A DNA stretch of 64,000 nucleotides from Salinispira sp. (GTDB lineage Bacteria; Spirochaetota; Spirochaetia; DSM-27196; Salinispiraceae): positions 128,001 through 192,000 of the forward strand of contig CBDDDG010000021.1 of assembly GCA_965226555.1 (NCBI GenBank). Direction: 5' to 3'. The notes under the pieces were generated by a model, which did no database searches, was not told where the DNA came from, and worked only from the letters and a program-made list of their open reading frames with translations. The position numbers and the translations under genes are program-made. This document shows, piece after piece, positions 37,907 through 48,392 of the stretch (position 1 is its first letter; every line of letters starts with the position of its first letter).

Positions 37907-39628
37907 ATGATCAGACAAGATAATAAGCAGGAGATGCGGAAGAAGATCGGGCGCCTTTTTGTGTGCGGTTTCGATGGTACGGAAATTAATGAACATACCG
38001 ATTTTCTGCTGCGGGAATTGACTATTGCTAACTGGGTACTGTTTGCCCGCAATGTTTCAGAGTATGGGCAGGCGGCCGAGCTTTGCCGGAATCTTACCCG
38101 TGAAACACAGCGCATCAACGGTATGCTCCCCTTTGTGAGCATAGATCAGGAGGGCGGCATAGTAAGCAGGCTGCATGGAGATATGAATATGTATCCTGGT
38201 GCCATGGCGCTTGCTGCTCTTGATGATGTGGATATTGCTGCCACGGTCGCCCGCATTACCGGAGAGCACCTCCGCGCACTCGGCTTCAATATGAACCTTG
38301 CGCCGGTCTGCGACATAAACAGTAATCCGAAGAATCCCATTATCGGCACCCGCAGCTTCGGCGACAGTCCCGGGAAGGTCGCTGCCCTTGCCGCTGCCGT
38401 TATGAAGGGCTACATGAGCGCCGGAGTAATTCCCGTGCTCAAGCATTTTCCGGGACATGGCGATACTGATCTGGATTCACACCTCGAACTGCCGCTCCTG
38501 CCTCATGAGCGCAGTATTCTTGAAAAACGCGAACTGCATCCTTTCCGCCATTGCATTCAGGAAGGCGCTCCCGCGGTCATGACGGCGCACATTCGTGTGC
38601 CGGCACTTGACGATTCAAAGCTTCCCGCTTCATTGTCGAAGCAGATTGTTCAGGGGCTTCTCCGTTCATCGTTGAATTTTGATGGGCTTGTGCTCACAGA
38701 CTGCCTAGAAATGAAGGGGGTAAGTGCTCGTTTCAGCATTGGAGATGCGGTCATCCATGCCTTCGAGGCCGGCAGCGATCTGTTGCTTATCAGCCATCGT
38801 GCGGAGGAGCAGGAACGGGGGTTCAAAGCCCTGTACGATGCTGCCGTATCCGGAAAAATTTCCGAGAGCCGTATAGATCACTCCCTTAATCGAATGGAAG
38901 AGTGCCGGCGCGCAATGTCCCTGAACACGCATCCCGCGCCGATCAGCCTGCCGGTCAGCCGAGAGGGCGCGGGCAGCCGGGAGGTCGCTGGCACCGACGG
39001 CGCATCGGTCAGCCGGGAAGGTGCGGTCGGCCTGCCGGTCAGCCGGATTTTCGAAGAAGATGCCCCCTTTCTCCGTGAAGTGAGCCGGAAAAGCCTCACC
39101 CTCGTTCGCGATAGGGGCTTTCTGTCATCGGGCAGTCTGCCCAATAGCCCCGAAACCCTCATTCTCGCCATTGAAAGGCCTGAGCAATTTATTGGGGAGA
39201 ACACTGTTTCCGGCGGAAGACCTATAAGACGCTTGCGGGAAGCATTTCCGCGCGCCGATTTTCATAGTATTCATGCCGATTGTTCTGCGCAGGAAATTCT
39301 CCATGTAGACGGCGTGGATATTCTCACGGCAGCAACTTCCCAGCGCTATACCCGCATTCTTATTACCACCTCCGATGCTGCCTTCTATCCCGAGGCAATT
39401 GAGGCAGTCCGCGCTATCTGCGGAGAGAGCTGCCCCGTTGGAGTTGCGGTAATGCGCAGTCCCTATGAAGCCGCTCACTTCAATACCGCAGACCTTATCC
39501 TGCTTACCTGGGAAGATACTGTTCCCGCGGTGGAAGCCCTCATTGCCGTTCTCAGGGGGGAGATGCGGGCCGAAGGCAGATGCCCTGTGCGCATTCCGGG
39601 ACTTCAGCTTCCTGGCACTCAGCCATGA
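37907..39628 (+). CDS. GH3 beta-N-acetylhexosaminidase (NagZ-like), cytoplasmic
   Basis: SIDQEGGIV, NLAPVCD, KHFPGHGDT..DSH and TDCLEM motifs. Confidence 0.92.
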   Translation: MIRQDNKQEMRKKIGRLFVCGFDGTEINEHTDFLLRELTIANWVLFARNVSEYGQAAELCRNLTRETQRINGMLPFVSIDQEGGIVSRLHGDMNMYPGAMALAALDDVDIAATVARITGEHLRALGFNMNLAPVCDINSNPKNPIIGTRSFGDSPGKVAALAAAVMKGYMSAGVIPVLKHFPGHGDTDLDSHLELPLLPHERSILEKRELHPFRHCIQEGAPAVMTAHIRVPALDDSKLPASLSKQIVQGLLRSSLNFDGLVLTDCLEMKGVSARFSIGDAVIHAFEAGSDLLLISHRAEEQERGFKALYDAAVSGKISESRIDHSLNRMEECRRAMSLNTHPAPISLPVSREGAGSREVAGTDGASVSREGAVGLPVSRIFEEDAPFLREVSRKSLTLVRDRGFLSSGSLPNSPETLILAIERPEQFIGENTVSGGRPIRRLREAFPRADFHSIHADCSAQEILHVDGVDILTAATSQRYTRILITTSDAAFYPEAIEAVRAICGESCPVGVAVMRSPYEAAHFNTADLILLTWEDTVPAVEALIAVLRGEMRAEGRCPVRIPGLQLPGTQP

Positions 39629-40404
39629 ATATGCTCCTGTTCTCCGAAGGGGAGTGGCGGCAGCCGCTTAGTGCCGATGATTACCGCAGCGTCCACATTC
39701 GTGAACAGCTCGGCCTCCGCAGGGGCGATACCGTGCGTGTCGGGCTCATGGGTCAGGGAAGGGGCAGGGCGATACTGCTGACTGAGCCCGATCCATCGCA
39801 GGCGCTTGTCCTTCGTTTTCCGTACCACCTCACCAGTGTTCATTTTCATCCGGTGCATCTTGTTATTGGGCATCCCCGGCCGCCGGTCTTCGCTCGGCTC
39901 GTGAGAGATCTCAGTTCCCTCGGGGTTGCCCGCATGAGCTGGATTCATACTACCCTTGGTGAGAAAAGTTATCTTTCAAGCAAAATGTGGCAGGCAGATC
40001 TTCTGGAGAAACAAATCCGCATCGGCCTTGAGCAGGGCGCTCACACATTGCCCCCCATCATCCGCAAATTTTACTCACTCCGCCATTTCATGGAAGAAGA
40101 AAAGGAAACAGCGCAGTCCTCCAAAATTGTTCTTCAGCCGCCAAACGATTCCGAAAAACGTGTACAATCTCTGAACAGCGTTCTGTTTCGGGGCGGAGGA
40201 ACAGAACAGCGGAACATTATTATGGCGATTGGAGCGGAGCGCGGATGGACAGTGGATGAAATGAGAATTATGGAAGATGCAGATTTTACAAAGGCGCATC
40301 TCGGCGCATCGATATTACGCACCGAGAACAGCGCCCTCATTGCGGCAGGCATGGCAATGCTCAGCACCTGCGGCAGGGCAGATGTACTGACAGCATCATC
40401 CTGA
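39625..40404 (+). CDS. rsmE: 16S rRNA m3U1498 methyltransferase
   Basis: H...L, EQ and AIGAERGW...LGASILRTE SPOUT motifs. Confidence 0.85.
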   Translation: MNMLLFSEGEWRQPLSADDYRSVHIREQLGLRRGDTVRVGLMGQGRGRAILLTEPDPSQALVLRFPYHLTSVHFHPVHLVIGHPRPPVFARLVRDLSSLGVARMSWIHTTLGEKSYLSSKMWQADLLEKQIRIGLEQGAHTLPPIIRKFYSLRHFMEEEKETAQSSKIVLQPPNDSEKRVQSLNSVLFRGGGTEQRNIIMAIGAERGWTVDEMRIMEDADFTKAHLGASILRTENSALIAAGMAMLSTCGRADVLTASS

Positions 40405-40528
40405 GTCCGCCGGAGGCAGGGAAAAACCGTGAGTATCGTAAAAAGACTTGATACTGATAGTGGTACTATTCCATAATGGTAAACATCCGAAAAAACGGAT
40501 GAAATTGCAAAATTTTCTGTGAGGTATT

Positions 40529-41527
40529 ATGAAGGCATATATTCGTTCTGTGGGAGTGTATCTTCCCGCAAGAATTGTAACCAATGATGAACTTTCACAG
40601 ACACTCAATACTAATGATGATTGGATATTTTCTCATACAGGAATTCATGAGAGGCGGATTGCAGCAGAGAATGAAGCTGCCAGTGATCTGGCCTATAAGG
40701 CCGCAGTAGCGGCATTGGAATCTCTTCATACGCAGGACGATAGTATATCCGCAGCGGATATTGACCTCATACTTCTTGCAACATCTACTCCCGACTATCC
40801 CGGACTTCCTTCCACAGCCTGCATTGTGCAGGAACGTCTTGCCGCAAAAAATGCGGGGGCCATGGATATTGTAGCGGCCTGTACCGGATTTATTTACGCA
40901 TTGGAAACTGCCAGAGCCTTTGTTGCGAGCGGAGGCGCGAGTAATGTTCTTGTTATTGGCGCCGAAGTATATTCAAAAATTGTGAACTGGCAGGACCGTT
41001 CAACCTGTGTTCTCTTTGGAGACGGAGCAGGCGCGGTTCTTGTGAGCGCCGCCGAAGAAAACAGCGAAAGCGCCGTCATCGGTTCCTTTCTCAGAAGCGA
41101 CGGCAGCGGTGTTGAACATTTGTTTTGCCCGGGAGGGGGCAGCAGACAGCCCCGTCATCAGGAAAAAAATGAGGCCGATCAATATCTGTACATGAACGGT
41201 CGTCAGGTATATATATTTGCCGTGAAAGCAATTATTGAGACGGTGAAACAGCTCGAAAAACAGTATGATCTGAGTATTGATGATGTCGACCATGTTATAC
41301 CGCATCAGGCAAACAGAAGAATTATTGAGGCTGCCTGCAAGCGTGAGGGCTGGCCTGAAGAAAAGTTTTTTATGAATATGGATCGCTACGCCAACACATC
41401 GGCAGCGAGCATACCCATTGCTCTGGAAGAGATGGAGAAAAAAAACATTCTCACGCGCGGAGACCGCATTTTGATGGTTGGCTTTGGAGCAGGGCTGACA
41501 TTTGGCGGGAATTACCTTATGTGGTAA
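40529..41527 (+). CDS. fabH: 3-oxoacyl-ACP synthase III
   Basis: AACTGF, LFGDGAGA, PHQANRRI, NTSAASIP and GFGAGLT motifs. Confidence 0.96.
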   Translation: MKAYIRSVGVYLPARIVTNDELSQTLNTNDDWIFSHTGIHERRIAAENEAASDLAYKAAVAALESLHTQDDSISAADIDLILLATSTPDYPGLPSTACIVQERLAAKNAGAMDIVAACTGFIYALETARAFVASGGASNVLVIGAEVYSKIVNWQDRSTCVLFGDGAGAVLVSAAEENSESAVIGSFLRSDGSGVEHLFCPGGGSRQPRHQEKNEADQYLYMNGRQVYIFAVKAIIETVKQLEKQYDLSIDDVDHVIPHQANRRIIEAACKREGWPEEKFFMNMDRYANTSAASIPIALEEMEKKNILTRGDRILMVGFGAGLTFGGNYLMW

Positions 41528-44500
41528 GCAGCTCCTTGCTGAGTTCACGCGCAATGTCGGTAATTTCTCTTTTTGTAAATCTCCGTTGAAGCCTGTGCGG
41601 TTCATTCTGCCTGAGATCATAGATGATCGCCTCCGGCTCCGGCCAGCCCATCATTTCAAGCGCAAGACGATATATGTCCAGCTGCATACGATAATCCTCA
41701 GGTTTCACGCTCCTGCCGCTTTTATAATCGATGAGCATAGTGCGTTCGCCTGTGACCAGAAACAGATCAATTTTTCCATGAATGGAAAATTCTTCGAGGC
41801 AGAGCGTGAAGGGCAGCTCAAAATAGGCCTCATCGGCATCCTCAATATTACGGAAAAGTTCGGTGCGGGTAAGCGAATGCACAATATCACAGGCCTGTTC
41901 ATACAGGGCATGGTCATTACGTATGCGAGAAGGCAGGGAAGTATGAGAAAGCAGGGAAGCCGGCGGAATATACATTTCTCCGGTTTTACGGACATGCGCG
42001 AATGCTTTTTCAAGAAGATAATGCAGCAACGTGCCGAATTCCGCTGCCTCCTCGGAATCGCCGTCCTGCCTATCGCCGTCCCGCAGGGAATCGCCGCCCT
42101 GCCTATCGCCGTCCGTCCCACCGATGGTATTCTGCGCTTCAGTGTGATGATCTTCCCCGTTTGCTGTGTGATCCTTACTAAGTTGAAATTTCTGCATTTC
42201 ATTCACTGAAAAATGTGTGCGGGGCATGGGGGGAAGAGGGAGCTGTCGGGCCGGCCCTGAGAAATCACCCGCCTCGGGCGCCGAATGTATGGGCTGAAGA
42301 TCATTTCTGCCCACGGGCTCGGGAAGGGTAAGAAAAATACTTCCCGCTTCCGTACGCTGTTCGCTGCGGTATAATGGCCCCTGTTGTACTATTTCTTCCG
42401 GGTTGAGGTTCATGCCGGCCTGTATGAGGTCAAAAAAATTCTCATTCCATTCGCGTGCGGGTTCCGTCTGTGAACGTTCTTTCCGTGAATTTTTGATGCC
42501 CGAAGCGCTGATGAACAGATGCTGTTCGGCCCGCGTCATTGCAACATAGAGTATCCGGCGGGTTTCGGCATTTTCCCGTTCGCATTCATCGTTTTCATAC
42601 TGTTTTACGAGCGGGTTCCGATAGCTCCTGATCATGCCCGGATCATCTTTCAGATACTTCGCGGAAGTCGCCCTGCCCAGACCCCCGTAAAGTATGAGCT
42701 CACCGTTTTTCCCGCTCACCCAACTTGCGGATGCCTCAGTGGAATTCCGCTCTTTCCCATTCGTATTAACGAGGAAGACAACGGGAAATTCCAGCCCCTT
42801 GGCCTTATGCACCGACATAATACTGACGCCGCGTTTTTTTTCCTGAACAATACTAATGTCTTCAATTTTCCCGAATTTTCCTAAATTCGCTTCCATAATT
42901 TCCAGAAGTTCCACGAGTGGAACATCAGCATGAAGATCGAAAAATTCAAGGAGATAATCGTAGTGCTCCAGCCATGTTCGACGGCGCGGGCTGAGGTCGA
43001 CATAATTGAGATAGGCAGAACGCTTCCACATTTCCGCGAGAAGTTCGCTGTGGGAACAATGCCCTATGAGGGAACGGATATCATCAAGAAAATCGAGAAG
43101 GGCATTGTATGCGGAAACATCCTCAGAAGACATAATACCGCGCATCGCATTCTCACTGCCCGACTGCGCCGACTGATCCGCATGCGCCGATTGATCATGC
43201 AACGGAATTTTTTCCCCGCTGCTGAGCCTTCCATCAGCAAGCTGAAAAAGAAGGGCTGCAATCGTATCATCGCCGAGTCGGCAGAATGGTGAGCGCAGAA
43301 CGGCTGCCAGGGAGAAACTGTCTTCAGGAAATATACAGAGTTTGAGCAGGGCATGGGCATCGAAGGCCGGAGCATCGAGAAAGAGTGATCGGATGCTGTC
43401 GCTTGAGAAGGGAATGTCGAAGCGCCGAAGCATTTTTTCTATGAGGTACTGTATCGTTCCGCTGCGAAATAAAATGGCGATATCATCATAGCTCACCGGC
43501 GTCACCGCATCTCCCTCCTGTTTCAGGAGTGTATCGTCATTGCAAATTTCATAAATACGCTTCGCTATGCTGTAGGCCTCCATTTCCTGCCGGGAGAGAA
43601 GGGGGGTGTCATGCTCCGTTAGGTCTGTTTTTTTGCGCTCGCGATGAAGAATGAGTTCGATATGGCTTGCAATGCTTGTGCTGCGCCCTGTTTCGAGGGG
43701 GCTATAATCTGCTTCAAAATCTTCCCTGCCGCCCATAATGCGGGGGAAGAAATGATTAAAAAAATCTATGAGGTCCCGGCTGCTGCGATAGTTTGTGTTG
43801 AGTGAAAGGATGTTGCTCTCTGTGTGGAATTCTCTGCCAAGTTTGCGGAATACCGACACATCCGCGCCTCGAAAACGGTATATCGACTGCTTCTGATCTC
43901 CCACGAGAAAAAGCCCCTTCGACCGCAGCTGACTGAAATTGGGGATTTCGGGCGCGCTGTATCCCTGCGGGGCGGAGAGCAGAAAGAGAAGGTTTTTCTG
44001 CAGAACATTGTTATCCTGAAATTCATCTATCATTATGTACTGAATTTCTTTCCGGTAGTAGTCGGCAAGCGCCGGATGATCCAGAAGAATGCGAATGCTC
44101 AGTTCAAGCAGGTCGCGGTAATAGAAGACGCCGCGTTTCCGCTTAAACTCCCTGACCCGGCAAAGATAATCATCTGCGAGCTCATAGAATTCCGTGTAGA
44201 ATTCCTGTTCGGTAAAAATAAGAAGTGCCGGAATGAGTATTGTTCTGATCTTTGTGCATAGTTCCTTCCAGTGTTTCCAGGGCTTTCGGGATGATCGTGA
44301 TCCGGCGAGAAAATAGAGGGCTGCGACGGCGGGCTGAAGAACCTCAATGAGGGCTACGGCGATGGTATTGTCGATTTTACCCTCTCTTTTCTTCCGCTCG
44401 ATACTTTCCATTTCCCACGAGATTTCTTGCAATGCCCATCTGTCGAAAAGAGTATTGCTCGGTTCTCGTCCATTTTTATTTCTGAATTTCTGCATTATTG

Positions 44501-45305
44501 TTTCTGCTTCCATGTTTTCGTCTATCGTACTCATTCCGTCAAGCTCCGTGAGGCAGCGTGAACATGTGTTCATTGCCTCGCGGTGATGTTCCTTGTTTTG
44601 CGCATTTTTCTGCTCCTGCGCGTTCACATGAAGAATTTCAGGAATTGCTCTTTGCAGCGTGATTAATTCCCTGCGCGCGAGGTCATTAAGAAGGTCGAAA
44701 AATATTTCTGCCTGCCCGATGGTGCCGTCCTTTCCGGTGCCGTCCTTTCCGGCGCTGTCGCCCCCACCGGCGCCATGGGTGCCGCCGACCTGAGTCAGGC
44801 TGAGAAATGTGCTGCCGAGTCTGATGAACAGTTCCCTAACAATTTTTTCATAGGAGAACTGTTCCAGCAGACGGGTGATGATCCGGCTGCGGCGGGAAGA
44901 TGCAAGATAGTTCAGGGTGAAGGATTCGAGCTCACGGAGAAAATTGCCCTCATCTATGTGAAAATTGACCGGATAACCATATTCGCTGACATAGGGTTTG
45001 ATAATCCGGCTGCAGAAACTATCAATCGTGGTAATCCGCGCCCTGTCAAAGCGCAGAAATTCCCGCTGCAACATCGGTGAACCTTCCTGGTTCAGACGGT
45101 GATATATCCGCCGGTACATTTCCCCCGCGGCTTTGCGGGTAAATGTGAGGCAGAGAATGTTTTCAACAGCAAGATTATCCGTTTTCAGGAGGGAGATGTA
45201 GCGTTCCACGAGCACTGCCGTTTTTCCGGCGCCGGCGCCTGCCGATACAATGCTGTGTCCGCGGGCATCAATTGCTTCCTGCTGCTCTCTGTTAAACTGC
45301 ATCAT
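41517..45305 (-). CDS. addA: AddA/RecB-like UvrD helicase-nuclease
   Basis: AGAGAGKT, TFTRKAA, IDEFQD, VGDQKQSIYRFRGA, HKAKGLEF, YVAMTRA and GKID..IDYKS. Confidence 0.88.
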   Translation of the reverse strand: MMQFNREQQEAIDARGHSIVSAGAGAGKTAVLVERYISLLKTDNLAVENILCLTFTRKAAGEMYRRIYHRLNQEGSPMLQREFLRFDRARITTIDSFCSRIIKPYVSEYGYPVNFHIDEGNFLRELESFTLNYLASSRRSRIITRLLEQFSYEKIVRELFIRLGSTFLSLTQVGGTHGAGGGDSAGKDGTGKDGTIGQAEIFFDLLNDLARRELITLQRAIPEILHVNAQEQKNAQNKEHHREAMNTCSRCLTELDGMSTIDENMEAETIMQKFRNKNGREPSNTLFDRWALQEISWEMESIERKKREGKIDNTIAVALIEVLQPAVAALYFLAGSRSSRKPWKHWKELCTKIRTILIPALLIFTEQEFYTEFYELADDYLCRVREFKRKRGVFYYRDLLELSIRILLDHPALADYYRKEIQYIMIDEFQDNNVLQKNLLFLLSAPQGYSAPEIPNFSQLRSKGLFLVGDQKQSIYRFRGADVSVFRKLGREFHTESNILSLNTNYRSSRDLIDFFNHFFPRIMGGREDFEADYSPLETGRSTSIASHIELILHRERKKTDLTEHDTPLLSRQEMEAYSIAKRIYEICNDDTLLKQEGDAVTPVSYDDIAILFRSGTIQYLIEKMLRRFDIPFSSDSIRSLFLDAPAFDAHALLKLCIFPEDSFSLAAVLRSPFCRLGDDTIAALLFQLADGRLSSGEKIPLHDQSAHADQSAQSGSENAMRGIMSSEDVSAYNALLDFLDDIRSLIGHCSHSELLAEMWKRSAYLNYVDLSPRRRTWLEHYDYLLEFFDLHADVPLVELLEIMEANLGKFGKIEDISIVQEKKRGVSIMSVHKAKGLEFPVVFLVNTNGKERNSTEASASWVSGKNGELILYGGLGRATSAKYLKDDPGMIRSYRNPLVKQYENDECERENAETRRILYVAMTRAEQHLFISASGIKNSRKERSQTEPAREWNENFFDLIQAGMNLNPEEIVQQGPLYRSEQRTEAGSIFLTLPEPVGRNDLQPIHSAPEAGDFSGPARQLPLPPMPRTHFSVNEMQKFQLSKDHTANGEDHHTEAQNTIGGTDGDRQGGDSLRDGDRQDGDSEEAAEFGTLLHYLLEKAFAHVRKTGEMYIPPASLLSHTSLPSRIRNDHALYEQACDIVHSLTRTELFRNIEDADEAYFELPFTLCLEEFSIHGKIDLFLVTGERTMLIDYKSGRSVKPEDYRMQLDIYRLALEMMGWPEPEAIIYDLRQNEPHRLQRRFTKREITDIARELSKELLTT

Positions 45306-48019
45306 TCCCAGCCCATCCGCAGAGAAAAAGCATGCCGACAGAGTGCCTCATGCCGGCAGGAGGGACAGCCCGCTGGAGGAATGCGAAAATCACCCCTATC
45401 GATCTGACCGCGCATATCGCGCAGATTTTCGAGAATTTCCTGTTCAAGTATGTCCGCAACTTCCGGATTGGTAACAGGCAGAGAAGACCTTCCGGCTTTC
45501 TCCCCGTTTCGGTCTATTACGCCATGGTATATTTTTGTACTTCCGCGTGAAGCTGAATAATATGCTGCCGATTTTACCCGCTGCCCTGCGTTTTTGAGGA
45601 GGAGGGCGTAGGCGGAGAGCTGCACATTTTTGGCATCGTTTTTGATCTTTCGTATTTCCTGCAGGGCATCCTCTGTTAGTTCCTTGCTGAGCAGGCTGCC
45701 GATTTTGCCGAGAATGCCGCTTGCTGTCGGCAGGGAACCGGTCTTATAGTCTATTATTGATAATTCACCGCTTTCGGGGTTTTGCATAATACGGTCTATC
45801 CGTCCGCTCAGGCGCGCGGCAGGGTCAAGTTCCTCTTCGAGACGATACTCCAATTCATGTATGCGGTAGTTATTATGATGTTTGCCGTCTTCCTCCAGTA
45901 TTCCGGCTATGCGGTCTTCAAAGAAATCCCGCAGACTTGCATGCAGAATTTTGTTAATGCCCAAAAGCAGGCTGCGGTCGGCAAAAGCCGTATCCAGAAC
46001 TTCACGGCTTATCTCCCCGTAGCGCTCAAGCAGGCTGATGCGGAAATACCCGCCCGATTCTTCCCCAATACGCCGGTATATGCGTTCCATTATTGTGTGC
46101 AGCGCAATGCCTATGCGTCTGAACGGCCAGAGCTCGGGTATGAGTGTAATCGTCTCAGGTTTGCACTGCATCCAGAAATAGGAAAAGGGGCAGTGAAGCC
46201 AGGCCTCAAGCCTGTTCACCGAGATAGAGGGGGGAATAAATTGTTCGCTGATTGTTTCTGATATGCTGCGCCAGTTCGTCTTCTGAAGGTTCAGAATATC
46301 TTCTTTTCGGTTGTTCGGGAGATGGTGATGGTGATGGTGATGGCGGCGATGATGGCGGCGATCTGCATCGTTTTCGGGGAGTTTGTCGCCACTGTTATCG
46401 GGGATGTTGCCGGCGCTGGGCCCTCGGTGATATTCCTGTATCTTGTCCGACGTGAGGAAGAGGAGGATCGGCAGATTTTCACGCCCCCGCGTGTGCCTGC
46501 TGTAACTAATCCATACATTGCGGCCCGAGGCGGTATAGGCTGTGATGAAATTGTCTGTTAGTGCGGAGGAAGAGTCGAAGAGTTGCCGAAGAATGTCTTC
46601 CCTGAGAAACTCAAGCCCCTTCCTGTTCACCGCGACCGATTCGGCATTAAAATTGATGCAGAAATGATGCTCAACTGCCAGCCCTGCTCCCACTCGGTAA
46701 TCGTAAACGGCGATACCTTCCGTATTTTGCGGAAGATAGGTAACGGATTCAAGCTGTGTGATCGTGAAATTGAGTATGTCGGGTTGAATATCAGGGAACT
46801 GCGCGAGTTCCCTCCCTATTTCCTCAATATGGATTACTGCCCGTTGCCAAGCGGCAGCATCGTTCGTATTCCAGCGGTCGGTTTGGGTATATGTTCCAAG
46901 GAATCGGTACATTGCTGCGTATAATTCATCCGCATCCCGCGCTGCCGTAATCTTTCTGAGCGCATCAAAGAGCCCAGCGCTTCCGTGCACTTCGCCTGTC
47001 CGATTCTCTGCTGACCCCGCGGACTTCCTGCCCAGCTCAACATTCTTCCATGCTGAAAATCCTCCCTCAAGAAGATTAAAATCGATAGCGCGGGCGATAA
47101 GACGGCGGTTTGTTTCCGGATACTTCCACGGCAGCCCGGGGTGAAGAAGGAAATTCCGCACATTCCTAAATGAGAAATTGTCCCGCATATCTGCGAGCAT
47201 TTTCAGCCAAGAAACAGAGGAGTACTCGCAGAGGTTCTTCCCCCTGCGCCGGTTCAGGGGAATACCGAGGTTCCGGGCAATGTATTCCAGCCGTGGGTAG
47301 AGGGATGAGTAATCGCTGAGGGTAATGGCAATGTTTTTCGGCCCTACTCCGCTCTGGAGCAGGGCGCCGGCTGCCTCAAGGCAGCGCTGGAACTCCTGAC
47401 GATAGTCGGCAAATTCATAGAGGAGCACACTTCCCTGTTCTTTAGAGCCTTCTATTAATGTTATGTCTTCGGTTTTTTCAAGCTCTGCCCGGTATTCTTC
47501 AAAATCTTCCAATAGCTGGGGATAAAAGATGCAGTAGGAATTCCCATTGGGTATGTACTCCCGTCCTGAATCCGCAGGTTCATAGCGGCCGTGGCGGTCG
47601 AGAAAATCGCGGTAGCTATCGCAGATATTCTTCACATCTTTGAAAAGTGAGGCGCTGATCATGTTCTGTAATGTATCTTGAACGGTGCGGGAGATGAGCC
47701 GAGATAGTACGGCAACAATGGCGGGGCTGTAGAGTTCAATGTCGTTGCGATAGCGGGGAGGAACAAGAACAGAGAGAAGGGGCGCCTTCCGGTTTTTCTG
47801 CAGAAGGTGGTAGGCGAAGATATTTCTGAACAATGTGTTGGCCGGTTTCCGTTCTTCCCTGCCGAAGAATGTCAGTTCCTTGAAATGGTCCCAGGAAATG
47901 AAACGGTCATGCCGGACAATTCCCGTACCTTCGGCAATTCGCTGAGCCCATGAGGCAGCGGTTATTTCCGAAGGAAAGACAAGTACCGCAGATGAATCGG
48001 TATAAAATTCAAATATCAC
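45302..48019 (-). CDS. addB: AddB-like PD-(D/E)XK nuclease subunit
   Basis: HCPFSYF, GRIDRI, IIDYKTG, QL..Y and terminal CxxC...C; overlaps addA. Confidence 0.78.
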   Translation of the reverse strand: MIFEFYTDSSAVLVFPSEITAASWAQRIAEGTGIVRHDRFISWDHFKELTFFGREERKPANTLFRNIFAYHLLQKNRKAPLLSVLVPPRYRNDIELYSPAIVAVLSRLISRTVQDTLQNMISASLFKDVKNICDSYRDFLDRHGRYEPADSGREYIPNGNSYCIFYPQLLEDFEEYRAELEKTEDITLIEGSKEQGSVLLYEFADYRQEFQRCLEAAGALLQSGVGPKNIAITLSDYSSLYPRLEYIARNLGIPLNRRRGKNLCEYSSVSWLKMLADMRDNFSFRNVRNFLLHPGLPWKYPETNRRLIARAIDFNLLEGGFSAWKNVELGRKSAGSAENRTGEVHGSAGLFDALRKITAARDADELYAAMYRFLGTYTQTDRWNTNDAAAWQRAVIHIEEIGRELAQFPDIQPDILNFTITQLESVTYLPQNTEGIAVYDYRVGAGLAVEHHFCINFNAESVAVNRKGLEFLREDILRQLFDSSSALTDNFITAYTASGRNVWISYSRHTRGRENLPILLFLTSDKIQEYHRGPSAGNIPDNSGDKLPENDADRRHHRRHHHHHHHLPNNRKEDILNLQKTNWRSISETISEQFIPPSISVNRLEAWLHCPFSYFWMQCKPETITLIPELWPFRRIGIALHTIMERIYRRIGEESGGYFRISLLERYGEISREVLDTAFADRSLLLGINKILHASLRDFFEDRIAGILEEDGKHHNNYRIHELEYRLEEELDPAARLSGRIDRIMQNPESGELSIIDYKTGSLPTASGILGKIGSLLSKELTEDALQEIRKIKNDAKNVQLSAYALLLKNAGQRVKSAAYYSASRGSTKIYHGVIDRNGEKAGRSSLPVTNPEVADILEQEILENLRDMRGQIDRGDFRIPPAGCPSCRHEALCRHAFSLRMGWE

Positions 48020-48324
48020 GTTGAAAAATCAACGACAGCGCTATCCTTCACCATGGCAACAAGCCGTTTTGCCGCTGCCCGGTGCTCAGGATGATTCCGG
48101 TATGTTTTCAGAGCGGCCCTATCCCTGTGAACACTGCGCAGCACCAAATCCCAGGCGGCATCACCATCATTGAAATTGAGACCAAGCTCCAGCGATTCAA
48201 GTTCCGGTATTTTTTCCGTAAGGCCCTCAAGCAGGGGTTTCAGCTCCGCGAAGGCGCTTTGACCATCAACATCATCATTAAATTTCCACATTACAACATG
48301 TACAATCATAGGGCATTCTTTCAT
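48016..48324 (-). CDS. Dabb-family stress-responsive A/B barrel protein
   Basis: MIVHVVMWKF, IPEL, Y..HPEH and VVDF motifs. Confidence 0.88.
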   Translation of the reverse strand: MKECPMIVHVVMWKFNDDVDGQSAFAELKPLLEGLTEKIPELESLELGLNFNDGDAAWDLVLRSVHRDRAALKTYRNHPEHRAAAKRLVAMVKDSAVVDFST

Positions 48325-48392
48325 GAATAATCGTTATATGCAATACCGCAGCTCTTGTTGACAATGCCCTGTAATTTTTGTATATTATGACC

